A stretch of DNA of 63,647 bases, the filler included, from Reticulomyxa filosa (Eukaryota; Protista; Foraminifera): NCBI GenBank assembly GCA_000512085.1. It is 26 parts of 26 records of this genome, joined end to end, with 100 filler letters (N's around TTAATTAATTAA, not from the genome) between each part and the next. Parts side by side here need not be neighbours in the genome. Positions count along the whole stretch, not along the records: positions 50,144 to 57,813 come from ASPP01007636.1; positions 57,914 to 59,438 come from ASPP01019759.1; positions 59,539 to 60,913 come from ASPP01007476.1; positions 61,014 to 63,647 come from ASPP01021839.1; 22 more parts are not named here. The stretch is one strand, 5' to 3'. The notes under the pieces are model-generated. The model was not told the origin of the DNA. It did not search any database and saw only the letters and a list, made by a program, of their open reading frames with translations. Shown here in pieces: positions 52,317-63,647 of the stretch. How positions within the stretch are numbered: the stretch's first letter is position 1; each line of letters opens with the position of its first letter. The position numbers and the translations under genes are program-made.

Positions 52317-53376
52317 GGAAAAAAAGATAGGATGGCTTGGAGACAAAAAAGAAGAAAACACCCATCACTGTAATAACGACGACGACGACGACGACGACGA
52401 ATGGCATTGCTAGTGACTCCCACACAACTGTAGAACAAACCACGCCGAAAAAAGATGCTCGCAAATTCTCCGTGGATTGGAACACGCTGCACATTGACGA
52501 AGCCATTGCTGAAATGGCTGAGCACTCGACTCACAAAGGTGTGTGCAATGACGTGGAGGTGTGCATCAAACTGTTTCATTCTCAAAACAATATTCCAGAA
52601 AGTATGCTGCAACAGCTCATGAATGAAATTGTCTCTCGCCATCAGATTTATCATGAGTTCCTCGCTTGCTTGTACGCAGTACGGCTGGTGTATCTTTCCA
52701 ATAATTACACGATTGAGGTTTTAAGCAAATGGTATAGCAATGGAAGCTTACACGACATTATCCTTGCTTCTTCTGCTTCTGCTTCTTCGTCCTCGCAAAA
52801 AACAGCCTTTTCTCAAAAAGTCATCATTCGAATGGCGCTTCAACTGGCCCAAGTACTACAGCACATACACGAAGAATTGAATACCTGTCACGGCTTCATC
52901 AAGGCCAAAAATATCTTGTTTGACGATTCCATGAATGTAAAACTTTCCGATTTTGGGCTGCTCTCTTTAAAACATACCATGCAACTTATGATGACGGATG
53001 TAGATTTTGATGGATACTGGTGCGATCCGAGCTACTTTTCCGAAGGTTTGCCATTAAGCGCTGAAAGTGACATCTGGGCTTATGGCTTCATTTTATTTCA
53101 GCTAGTTACCAAAGACATTCCTTATTCCCATTTGAGCGCGCACGATGTCAAAAAACATGTCGTTGCTTTGAAAATGCCCACAATACCTTCTTCTTGTCCA
53201 GAGTTTTTACACAACGTAAGTCACCGCTTATACAACTTGCTTTTACAAACCTCTATACCTTCATTATATTTGCTTGTCTTTTGATCTTACAGATCATTAC
53301 AAAGTGCTGGACACCAAAGCGTACTGGAAGGATCACTGTTCGGCAAATTATTGCACAACTAAAGGAACACATCTAA
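51027..53376 (+). CDS. 7TM (TOM1/THH1/GPR137-like) domain fused to a TKL-like pseudokinase
   Basis: Exon 1 from ATG 51027, intron 51096-51203 in frame with ORF 51216. About seven TM helices including LLPSFLFLSVYMVLCCLWVEI; poly-Asn linker with a frameshift near 52320-52360; kinase fold VCIK, NGSLHDII, HGFIKAKNIL, DFG and SDIWAYG; last intron 53216-53292. Confidence 0.8.
52193..52313. repeat. (AAT)n microsatellite encoding poly-Asn
   Basis: Long AAT run with a short GAT/GAC interruption. Confidence 0.95.
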
Positions 53377-54314
53377 TTTTTGTCATATAAAAGCACTTTA
53401 AAATAATTTTTCTGGATTGAACGTTAAAACTAATTACAAATACTTACGTCGAAGTTTTTTAATTTTCTTTACTTTTATTATATTTGAAGTATGTTTCTCT
53501 TTTTTCTCAATTGTTATGTATTTTGCACCTGATATCTGCTTCTTATTGAAACACTCGTTGTCTAGGATCGTGTGATTGTTTGTCCCAGATATAGTTCAGA
53601 ACTATGTTTAATATTAACACTTTTTCTTTGGAGTTTTTAGTTGAGATATGGCTATCACCAGATTAAGTAAATACAACGCACGTTATGACGACATTTATCC
53701 TTACCAACATTTTCAATTTCACGATTTTTGAAAAAACGAAAATGAAAGTGATAGTGTGTCAAACGTTACTCTTACTTCTGAAGATGAAATTGTTGGAAAA
53801 GACAAGCAAATAATGATAAGCATGAATCAATATTGCTTCGCACACGTTTTTTTAATATATTAATTCAATAAAAAAGGTTAAAGATGCCTTTTTTGCCTTA
53901 ATGAATAATCTACATTAAAAAATTTTCAAGGCAATGTTTCTGATAACACAAATCTCATTTATTAAAAATGTTTACAAGAAAATCGATCATGAGAATTCAA
54001 AAAATGTGAACAATTTGAAAGAAAAAGATGTCCAAACAGAATGTTTTTGTTTTTTTGAGCTTAGTACAAAAAACCCTTGCCCTGCTTACCAAACAAAAAA
54101 GAAAAAGGAATTGTATTGCCATTTTACAAACCCATAATCTCAAACAACAAAGAACTGACACCCAAAAAAAAAATGAAGACAACAAAACGTTGACAAGACA
54201 ATGTCCGTGAGTTCTTTCGGGCTTGTAGTTGATGAGGAGAGCTATTTGCTTCTGTTCTCCGCGTTAATAACATCAATTTTCGTAATTTTTTTCCATTTGG
54301 AGCGCGCTTTTAAA

Positions 54315-55852
54315 TTATTTCTGAGTGTTTATTAAGTTCAGTATTATCGCCTTATCTTCTTCCTGTTTGGAGTGGTTTGAAGATGAAACAACTATAGAAA
54401 ACGCACTTTTTTCAGTAGACGCTTCGGAGGTCGTTTGAAAATAACGAAGAGAATTGTCACGAGTAATATTAACGCTTCTCTCATCACTACGGGAGATCAT
54501 TTCACTACTTTCTGGCAAGGCAAAAACTCCAGAGACTAGTTCACCTTGTGCACTACTCTCGCTGTTGCCGTTTTGAGGCAACGAAGGGTTTGGCTTTAAT
54601 GGTTCCATTAGACTTTGTGTGTTTTTGTCCAAATTAGTTGTCGGATTGTCAGAGAAATTGCCGACAGGTGTTTCCTCCCTGTCCTCATCCTCCGACTCTG
54701 TTTCTTGATCAAATATTTTTGGCAAGTTGTCAACATAGCGAAGAGAACGGTGTTTCTCAAGATTATCGCTCATGTACCCCTCGTCATCGTACAAATCGGC
54801 ATTAAATCGTCTTGGAATGGTGCCATCCACAGATAAATCTGTACAATTACCCGTGAAGCTTCTTCGTCTCGTCATTTCGTTGCGGCGCATTTCCTCTGAA
54901 CAATGATTGCTTGGTGAACCTGATTTGATTACTCGGCAATTTCCAGCCATCGTTCCCACCCATGGCTGGAATGGAATGGAAGTACCACTTGGCGTGTAGC
55001 CTTGAGTAACTCCGGAACCGTTCTGCTTCACCACACAAGACATTGACGACCACACCAAAAAAAACAAGACCAGATTAAGAACATACAACCCGAATGTGCG
55101 AGAAAAGCAAACAAGAGAGATCGACGCAACTTGATCGCGGTGTAACGCGGATTGGAGGGTATTTATCCATTCTTGCCGCATTGTTTCAGAGTCAAGCGCT
55201 ACTTCTATTTGTAACTTGGTACCCACACGAATCACGAACCTAGCATAATCCAACCATATATACATATACATATATACATATTTTATGCAAAAAAAAAAAT
55301 TTGTAACCAATTATTAATAATAATAGTAAATGTCACAAAGTTATTTCCGAAAAAAAACATACCCAAAACAATATTTCGTGTCGCCGCGCTTGCCCCAACT
55401 TTCCCAAATGTGAGTGTTCTCCAACGACAAAGAAAAGCTTTTGTAGGCCTTTGAAGCAGCACAACGACTCTCTGAGTAAGTTTCAAAAAAAAAAAAAAAG
55501 AACAATTATACTTACAAACTATACACATATGACATTTATAACAATTCAACTTATTCCTTTTTTTTTTTTTTCTTCTTCTTTCCCCCCCCCCCCCTCCCCC
55601 CATCAGAAAATAATCTCAACTCTCAAACACCACTCCTTCATCTGTCATCGCAATTCTCCAATATCTGAGCTTCCAGGACGATTTCAGGTTCAAGCCAAAC
55701 ACTTTGGTTTGTCGCTGCAAATCTACGTATCGAGTTTTTAAAAGTCCGCCCAAAAGGGTGCCGCCTCCCATGCTTTCAACTTTTTCGTCTTTCCCCGTTG
55801 TTTCGGTGTTGCTTCTTGGACTTGCATTTGTCTTGCCGCACACGAAATTCAT
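54315..55852 (-). CDS. PH-domain protein with a long disordered C-terminus
   Basis: Spliced reading KTRYVDLQRQTKVFGLNLKSSWKLRYWRI..KAYKSFSL..KYCFGFVIRV..VALDSETMRQEWINTLQ, with GT-AG introns. Confidence 0.75.
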
Positions 55853-56651
55853 TGTCTTCTTTGATCCGTAGCTTCACCACGAAAATTTAAACAATTGGTG
55901 CGCTCGACAAAAAAATTGGGAAAAAAAATAAATGTAACTTGCAAAGAGTGAAAAGAAAATGACACAGCGAATTTTGAAAAATTTCACAAAAAAAAAAACT
56001 AGCAAATAATCAAATTCAAATAAAATAAAAAATAAAAAAAGGCACAATGTTCAAGCAAATTGAAACAATTCTCAAATTATTTAGTTCAAGGTTTAAATAC
56101 GAGGGTTGTTGTTCGTCCTATACAATTTTTTTTTTTTTTCTGATTTTGCGCCTTTAACGTTCACTTCAAACGTGTAGGAAAAGATTATACGTAACTGTAG
56201 GTCAACAACCTCATGGAAAACTCATTAGAAAACCACAAAGAATTTATTTTCTGGCTAAGCACACAGCACGTTAAAAACGTACTCGCTTGATTCAACGAAG
56301 CTCTCCTACGTAGAATCAATATGTAACGTTCAATTTTCACACCCGCGATAAAAATCGCTCTTTTCCCCTTTTTCACACTTGCTCGACGTTTTTTTTTTGC
56401 AAAGTTCACGTGCATCAATTGACTATTTCAAGTTATTCATCACAAAGCATTGGGTCATAAAGTATCATCTCGAGACTAATAGAAAATTAAAAAACAGGCT
56501 GAGCAAGCTAAAGAATTTTTGAATTTGCTGTCGGCATCTGCGTGTTTTATCAAAAAAAGAGTCTTGCTATCTTTGCATACAATCTGTCCGTAAAGTTTTA
56601 TTTTTTTACATACTTCTCACTTTCAAATTTTTTGTGACAAATACTGAATAT

Positions 56652-57153
56652 ATGACAGAAAACTTCAAGGGCGTAGTGCTACTTTGCCTCGCTCAAAAAA
56701 ACCTACTAGATCAAAACTTTGAAAAACTCTTCACCTCTAATAATGATTCGCCGAAAAGATGGTGGAAAACCTTTTGTCTCTCCTGAAAATGGAGAAATTG
56801 TTGACGAACTGTTCGGAGAAGTGGGAAAAGGAACAAAACAACATAGTTTGGCGTTGATAACAATACCTCACAACAAATCTTCTAAATTACATTATCATCC
56901 AGTTGCAGAAGAATCTTATTATATTATGTCAGGAGAGGGAGAAATTCATTATTGGCATGTAAATGATCTCTCACAAACACATAAAGTTGTGGACATATTG
57001 AAACCTGGAGATGCAGTTGCAATTCCAGTAATGTATTGGCATCAAATTTTCAATAAAAAGAAAACAGATTTGCAATTTTTAGCTGTTTGTGTACCATCGT
57101 GGCATCCTCAATGCAGCATCTTCCATGAAGATTTGTCAAAGTCTAAGTTATGA
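56652..57153 (+). CDS. Cupin-domain protein (mannose-6-phosphate isomerase-like superfamily) with C-terminal SKL
   Basis: Cupin motif 1 LHYHPVAEESYYIMSGEG and motif 2 LKPGDAVAIPVMYWHQIFN; ends SKL*. A start at 56652 needs a 37-nt intron (56673-56709) and is tentative. Confidence 0.9.
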
Positions 57154-58211
57154 AATTAAAAAAAATTAAGGAATTAATAAATACAAGATATTTGTTGTTT
57201 TTGAACAATTTTATTAATAAGACTGAAAAAAGTTTTTTTAATAAATTTAATATGGAAATTTCACAAAACAAATCATTTCTTTAATTTTTGAGGAACATAT
57301 TAAAGTTAAAAAAAAGACAAATTCTCTCTACTAATCATTTTAATAATTGAAAAAAACTAAACAGAACTGATCATTCTCAGATTATGCGTTTTGCAAAAAG
57401 ATATGTTTTTTTGCAACGTTTAAAAACCTTTTTTAAGGAATATTATTTATCACATTTGCAGTTAAAAAATACAATCGACCACAAAAAAAAGACCACACAA
57501 AATACATCAAATTAACGTTTTTTCAAAATTTTTCATCAAAAAAATTGCAAATATTTATAATGATGTAGTACTCGTGATGTCGTAATAAGTACAGTAGGCT
57601 GCAAAAAAAACTGAACACATAAAATGCCACCTTATGAAGATGATAGATTTTCTTAATGAAAAACAAACATTTAAAGCTAATTTTTTTTAAAAAAATATCT
57701 ACAAGCCTTGTAGTTTTTAAATATGATATTGATTTTTGAATAACTTTTTTTTGGGTTGGAGAAAAATATCATTCGTTCAAATGATTTTTGAAAATTTTTT
57801 GAAGCTTTAAGTANNNNNNNNNNNNNNNNNNNNNNNNNNNNNNNNNNNNNNNNNNNNTTAATTAATTAANNNNNNNNNNNNNNNNNNNNNNNNNNNNNNN
57901 NNNNNNNNNNNNNATACGGACTTTAATGTCCAATTATTTAAAAAAAAAAAATAATTATTGAGTATGCATATTTGGAGGCTGTTTTCGCAATTATTTTTTT
58001 AACAATATCTTTGATACTAAATCGTGTCAGGCTTTCAAAAAAGTCACAGCGAGTTTACAAGGTCGCCAAATAAAATTAAATTTTTTAAAAAACGTTCTAC
58101 GTTCCCCGTCACTGCTCCATACGCAAGAAATAAAAACAATAGTTTCGCAATAAAAATGTACGAATTTTTCAACCAAACGAGAAAAAAATGTTGAGATATT
58201 TCTACATCACA

Positions 58212-58306
58212 AATTTGGCTGATGCATAAAATATTTAATGCACAAAAATTTTGCTGATGCACAAAATATCTAATGCACAAAAGTTTCACTAATGCACAAA
58301 AGTTTC
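58212..58306. repeat. Short higher-order tandem repeat (35-bp unit, about 2.5 copies)
   Basis: ATGCA(C/T)AAAA cores at 58222, 58238, 58257, 58273 and 58292 (spacing 16/19/16/19). Confidence 0.8.
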
Positions 58307-59622
58307 TTCTACGTCATCAAACAAATATTTCGCTCCCGTTTTTTAAAAGTAAAAAAATAATCAAATTTTTTTAAGATTTATTTATCAATTCGGTCCATTG
58401 CATAAAAAAAAAAGATTTTTTGGGTAAATTTTCTCAAAATTGCTTATGACCAGATTTACGCATAAATCTTTTCCTTTTGACCAAGTCCTCAAAAAAAAAA
58501 AGTGTTATCACGACGCATACTTTTTTTAACAAAAGCACTTTTCGGTCTTCAAAAAAAAAAAGCTGTACATTTTGGACTAGTGTACAATAAAAATGGTCAA
58601 AAATTTTATGCGTTTGCATTATAAAAAAATGTTTTTTGTTGATGATAGAAAACGATCCAAAATAATTTTGCAAATAGGTCTAAAAAAAAAATTGTTTTTT
58701 GTCTGACTAAGTACTTTAATTGTCCATCAAACTAAAAAAAATAATGTGACAGAAACATGAAAACGGTTAAAAAAAAATGTTCTAAATCTTGTATGAATTC
58801 TACAATCTGAAACTATTTCTATTTTCATTTGATAGTAATTTTTTTATTATTATATGTTTACTGCGATTATATTATTTGAATTTTTGTTGTTTCATTTGAG
58901 CTGGATATTGCACAGCGGAAAATGAATAATTTGTATGTCAGAATTGATCAATTATTTACAAGATGTTTATTTACTTGTAATGTACATCCAACAAAATATA
59001 TTTATTTGTTATTTCATTCAATCATCAACTCTATTTGAATGAAATTTTTTATTACTTTTTCAAATTTGCTTTGCAGACACGATGATTCGGTTTTGTAAAC
59101 TGTTCTTCGTTTTGAAGAAAGACAATGGGGAAGATTGATATACATTTAGGTGACAACTTTGTCATTCAATATCAATGCCTTCTTCCACAGTCTGAAAGAG
59201 CAATAATTTATAATATGTCAAATGATTTTTTTCTTTAGTTATGTTGTTTATATTTTATTAAGATAAATACATGACATTATTTTTTGCTATAAGTATTATA
59301 AGACTATTTAATTTCTTGATTTTAACTGTAACATGTTTACTTTTGTATGGCAAACACTTATCACACATGGCTGAACTCTTATGGAACTGAGGAACTCCAT
59401 TTGGGTTAAACTTCATCAACCAACTACTTCTTACTTCCNNNNNNNNNNNNNNNNNNNNNNNNNNNNNNNNNNNNNNNNNNNNTTAATTAATTAANNNNNN
59501 NNNNNNNNNNNNNNNNNNNNNNNNNNNNNNNNNNNNNNTATTATGTATTATGTATATATATTTATTATTATTGTTATTGTTAAAAAAAAAAAAAAAAAAG
59601 TACACAAAGACATTACAACATT

Positions 59623-60205
59623 GAACTTTGGCAATTTCAAAGCATAATTCATTGACCAATTCCCGTTGCGGCAGGACCACGCCTTGCTCCTCTGCACGCT
59701 GTTTTACTAAGACGGCCAAGTGCAACAAGCGCTGTGTGGATTCTCCCAGTTTGTCTTCGAGCAAATGTACATTTTCCGGGGTCAGTTTCAAGTTGTAAGC
59801 TTTTTCGGGAATGGCGGCAACTTTGCTTATGTTGATATTGTTGACGTCGGCGTACGTCTGCAGCTCTGTGGATATCTCTTTCAATCGACAAAACAACGAG
59901 TCATATTTGCGACTCAGTTCTTCGATTGCCTTATCATCACCGCCTTTCTGTTTCTTGTGTTGGCCCTTGTCAGGTTTTTCCGCACCTTTCTTTTCTTTGT
60001 CATTTTGCTTTTTGTCTTTCTTTCCTTTTTCTTTGCTCTCTTTTTCCTCGCCACTTTGTTGCTTTTGTTGTTTTTGTTGCTGTTTACTTGAAGGTGCTGT
60101 CTTACCACCGGATTTCTTTTCATATGTTTTTTTTGTCCAAATCAATCAACCAATTAAAAAACAAGTATTGTAATGAAATATCAACTATTAAATGCCTTGG
60201 GTAAA

Positions 60206-60239
<34 letters not shown>

Positions 60240-60722
60240 TCATTTTGGATGAATTGTAATGCAAACCAGCAGTTCCCATGAGTTCTTTTCACTTTGATCG
60301 GCAATATCAATCAAAAGACGAATGGCTTGTTTTTGGTCGGGGAACAGACGTTTGTCAAAAAAGATTTGCTCCAATTGCTGAATCGAGTGAACTTGATGCT
60401 GTTTCAATTGGAACAGTTCGGGACTCATTGTCTTGCGATCAATGGCATCTTGCATACTCAATATTTCTTTCAATTGGTCTTGTTGCGTTTTGGCCAAAGC
60501 CGCCGCATCGATCGTCGTTTGCTTCTTCTTCTCTGTCACGACTGCAGGACCCTCTGCTTTCTTCTTCGTCGCCGTCGTCGTCTCTTGCACCACGACCTTA
60601 GACCGTGACAACTCGCTCACTTGCTTCGACAAGCTTTCCAATCGTCGAATTATATCTTTTTGCTGTTGTTCCAATGCAACGATGTTTTTCTTTGATACCT
60701 TATAATTATGTTCTTCAACTGT
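59623..60722 (-). CDS. Hypothetical coiled-coil, Lys-rich protein fragment
   Basis: ORFs 60240-60902 and 59483-60145 on the same strand, separated by a TA-microsatellite intron. Confidence 0.6.
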
Positions 60723-61014
60723 TTCCTTTTTTTTTTTTTCCCCCCCCCCCACACACACACACACGCACATATGCAAGCATAATACGTGATGCACATTCAT
60801 ATGCAAAAGGTTCAACATAAATTTTTTTGGAACAATGAACAAGTTCATTGAGATGATAGAGGCATTATAGTTTGGAAGGGCACTGAATGCAAATATAAAC
60901 ATATATACATATANNNNNNNNNNNNNNNNNNNNNNNNNNNNNNNNNNNNNNNNNNNNTTAATTAATTAANNNNNNNNNNNNNNNNNNNNNNNNNNNNNNN
61001 NNNNNNNNNNNNNT

Positions 61015-61600
61015 ATGTTTTATCAATGCGTACATGCAGTGCATTTGTCTTGTATTGAGAAATTGCAAGATCCTCTTCAATTCAACAAGTCGCACGCGCC
61101 TACCCAGTTTTATCGCAATGTGACAATGGCAAGCTCTCTATTGACCAATATGGCGCCGAGCCACGGAGACAAACCCCACTGCACGTTTCGAATCAATATA
61201 TAACCCCGTAGTCAATTTCCAAATGCCCAATTTGGCCTTGGCATCTCCACACGGCTGGGCGTGTGATTTGCAGTCGCCTTTGTCTGGCGTGGGCTGCCAA
61301 TCAATTTAACAATCTTCAGATCACTTCGCCAATGGCACACATGCAGGCCAATGTTGCTCCCATTCCAAGTGCAACAACAAATACTATTGCTACTTCTACT
61401 AGTCCTATTGCCACTTCTATTAATCCTACTGCCAATGCGACTGCATCCTATCCATTGCCGACAAAACAACCAATGCTTTGGAACAATCGAACGCAACTGC
61501 AAAACCGACTTTCGATGTTGTCACTCCAGGAGACAATCCCAAAGCAAACGTACCACAACCAATATCAAATGCTTCGTTTATTGGGCAAGAATAACATATA
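61015..61600 (+). CDS. Hypothetical Thr/Pro/Gln-rich protein fragment (frameshifted)
   Basis: ORFs 61015-61203 and 61263-61619 have coding-like composition; no domain recognised. Confidence 0.35.
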
Positions 61601-61949
61601 TTTTTTTTGCACATCATAACCGATTTTTCTTTCAGTGTGTCTATTTCATCTTTTTTAAAAAAATAGAAACTCAAACGTAGCTGACGTCCCCAAAATATCC
61701 ACTTTGCCACCTGGTTTCCAAAAAGAAAAAGCATTAGAAACGAAACAAAACTCGAATTGACACAACGAGTTTGTATATATTTATATGTATATGTGTAATT
61801 TGTAAACGTGACTTAGAACTCTGGTGGGGGCCAAAGTGGAATTCCAACAAAAGCGTTAGAACCCCCGCTCAATCGAAATACGCATGCAACTGTGGCTGAA
61901 CGTAGAAGCCACAGTCCGACCAAGGCAGACAATAACAGAAAATGATTAA

Positions 61950-62500
61950 ATAATTGAAGATTATATCGATTTAAAGTGCTATATCTAAATAATTGGAATT
62001 GATTATTTTATTGATTTGAGTTATATCAATCATACGGATCATAGTCAGTGCAAAAACTATAGGCCGATTGAATTGTTATCGAGCGTTGGTAAATTTATGA
62101 AAAATGATATAATGTGATTGTTGAATGAAAAGAAGTCATTAAATCAAACACTAATAATCCTAATCTTGGCATAACACAGATTAGCTTCTACTTAGCTTGA
62201 CTGAGACTATTCACAAGTCATCATATTACAATTCAGTGACTCATTGCATAGTATGATATTGTTTGGAAAAATGTATTGATATATAGATAGTGATTGATAG
62301 CTTCTTATCAGATCGACTTGGAAGGTTATATTGAATGTAACAAATTCATATTGTATGGAATTTAATACTTATTAATGATTTACCAACAGTCTTCAATCAA
62401 CATATTCAATGTTGAATATTTGCTGATAAAGTGACAATTTGGACATCGATATTTACAAGTGATGACTAATTACAATCATTGCAACAAAGTCTAAATAAAG
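61950..62500 (+). mobile_element. Decayed non-LTR retrotransposon reverse-transcriptase relic
   Basis: CKNYRPIELLSSVGKF (about 62049-62096), YDIVWK, and INDLPTVFNQHIQC*IFADKVTIW (degenerate YADD box, about 62370-62445); many stops. Confidence 0.8.
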
Positions 62501-62899
62501 TACTGATAAGACTCAGTGAATCAATTACAGAATTCAGACATATAGTAATGCGGTCATGTGAAATATATTGGACTGTTTCTTGATTTCCACTTTTTTATAA
62601 ATTTACATTTTATTAAAAACACATAGTAAATAAAATTATCTTTAATTCTAACATAACATCAATATAACTTGTGCAGTATTTAATTTTTCATACCATATTG
62701 GACATCATTTTTCAAATGCCGTATTTTTGTATAGTCATAACATTATTAATAAATCTAATACTTTTACATCCAACAAATAAATTTTTGTTAATAATATTTA
62801 TTCCACAATAATCATGTTAATAAAATTTGTAATTGCGTTTTTTCCTTATTCAGCGCTTTTTTTTTTAAATTACATACAATAAGGGGGGCATAAGAGAAT

Positions 62900-63600
62900 A
62901 AACTGCAGCGGAAAACGCAAGGATCAGAAGAATTATAGTGGTAGTGCTAAAGCATTTGAAAGATTGGAATTGCCAGTTGACTGCGTCTATGACCTGATCT
63001 ATGTGACGTTGCAGTAATTCAGGCAGAGTTGTGCTGATTGTTGAGTCACCGCTTGAGAAACATTTTGTGTGAGTCTTTCTTCGTCTGCTGCAGCTTCCAG
63101 TGATAGTGCTTCTTGATTCAAATACTTTAGATATATGACATTTTTCCTTCTAGTCTTTGCACCTATCTTCCAAGGACGTCCCAGAAATGGCGCAACTCCC
63201 TTTGAAAGCAAAGTTCAATGTTTATTTCCAGTTGGGAAATATCAATTACAAGTTGTTGCCTTGGCTAAGATAGTTTTTTGTCATAATAGTGACATATCGT
63301 ATATTTGTTTATGTACACATATTATGTATTATATATAGTATACGTATAATGTGTTATTTAATTTTTTTTTTTAAAATAAAAACAAACTGTTTCAGCCACG
63401 ACATTTGACTTAAATTCAGTGGAAGATGCACTTTGTGCTCTCTTCAAGAAAGTCAGCATCAATTCGTTTAGTTTGTTTTGCAACTCGTCCATTTTGCTTG
63501 TCATTTCATCGTTGGTAGATTTGACCTGTTGGCCAATGATTGTAAATTTGTTTTGCAGTGATTGCCTCAAAAACACGTTTAGTTATTCTTTCATCGTTTG
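62900..63600 (-). pseudogene. Coiled-coil protein pseudogene fragment
   Basis: ORFs 63358-63576 and 62999-63211 with in-frame stops around an intron-like gap. Confidence 0.4.
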
Positions 63601-63647
63601 CTGTGTTTTTTCCTATGTACGTCATCATGTACAGTTGTTTTTTTTTT

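Noticed and set aside
46435-53376. Apparent signalling cluster (PRP38B, TM-RGS, globin, 7TM-kinase)
   Set aside because: Spacers at 47903 and 50044 separate these contigs. Only the globin, 7TM-kinase, PH and cupin genes are truly linked, and they show no evident functional connection.
1359-61013. Regularly recurring TTAATTAATTAA palindrome as a CRISPR-like or biological repeat
   Set aside because: It is always centred in exactly 44+44 Ns and encodes stops in six frames, so it is a concatenation linker.
1-63647. tRNA, rRNA or snRNA genes
   Set aside because: No cloverleaf or rRNA-like sequence was recognised by eye; tRNAscan-SE and Infernal were not run.

Overview
AT-rich, intron-containing eukaryotic DNA. 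This is not one locus: 26 short contigs are joined by an artificial 100-bp spacer (44 N + TTAATTAATTAA + 44 N), so neighbourhood across spacers means nothing. The expanded Kelch, WD40, HEAT and PPR families, many pseudogenes and microsatellite-filled GT-AG introns point to a foraminifer such as Reticulomyxa filosa (inference from remembered family signatures, no search run). Recognisable genes: EF-hand + family I pyrophosphatase (VSP1-like), EF-hand/PH/CAMK kinase (CDPK7-like), PRP38B + Tudor, TM-RGS, 7TM + pseudokinase, a globin fragment, a PH protein, a prokaryote-like cupin ending in SKL, a GT34-like transferase, an RPEL protein, an XK-like membrane protein, two plant-type LRR paralogs, a head-to-head PPR pair and two decayed LINEs. 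The top candidate for an undescribed system is a ~35-aa single-exon module found at the C-terminus of a Kelch protein and the N-terminus of a WD40 gene, possibly a ubiquitin-ligase adaptor. Other leads are repeat-phased LRR exons and a pseudoknot upstream of a LINE ORF1. Exon boundaries were read by eye, and several frameshifts look like homopolymer assembly errors.
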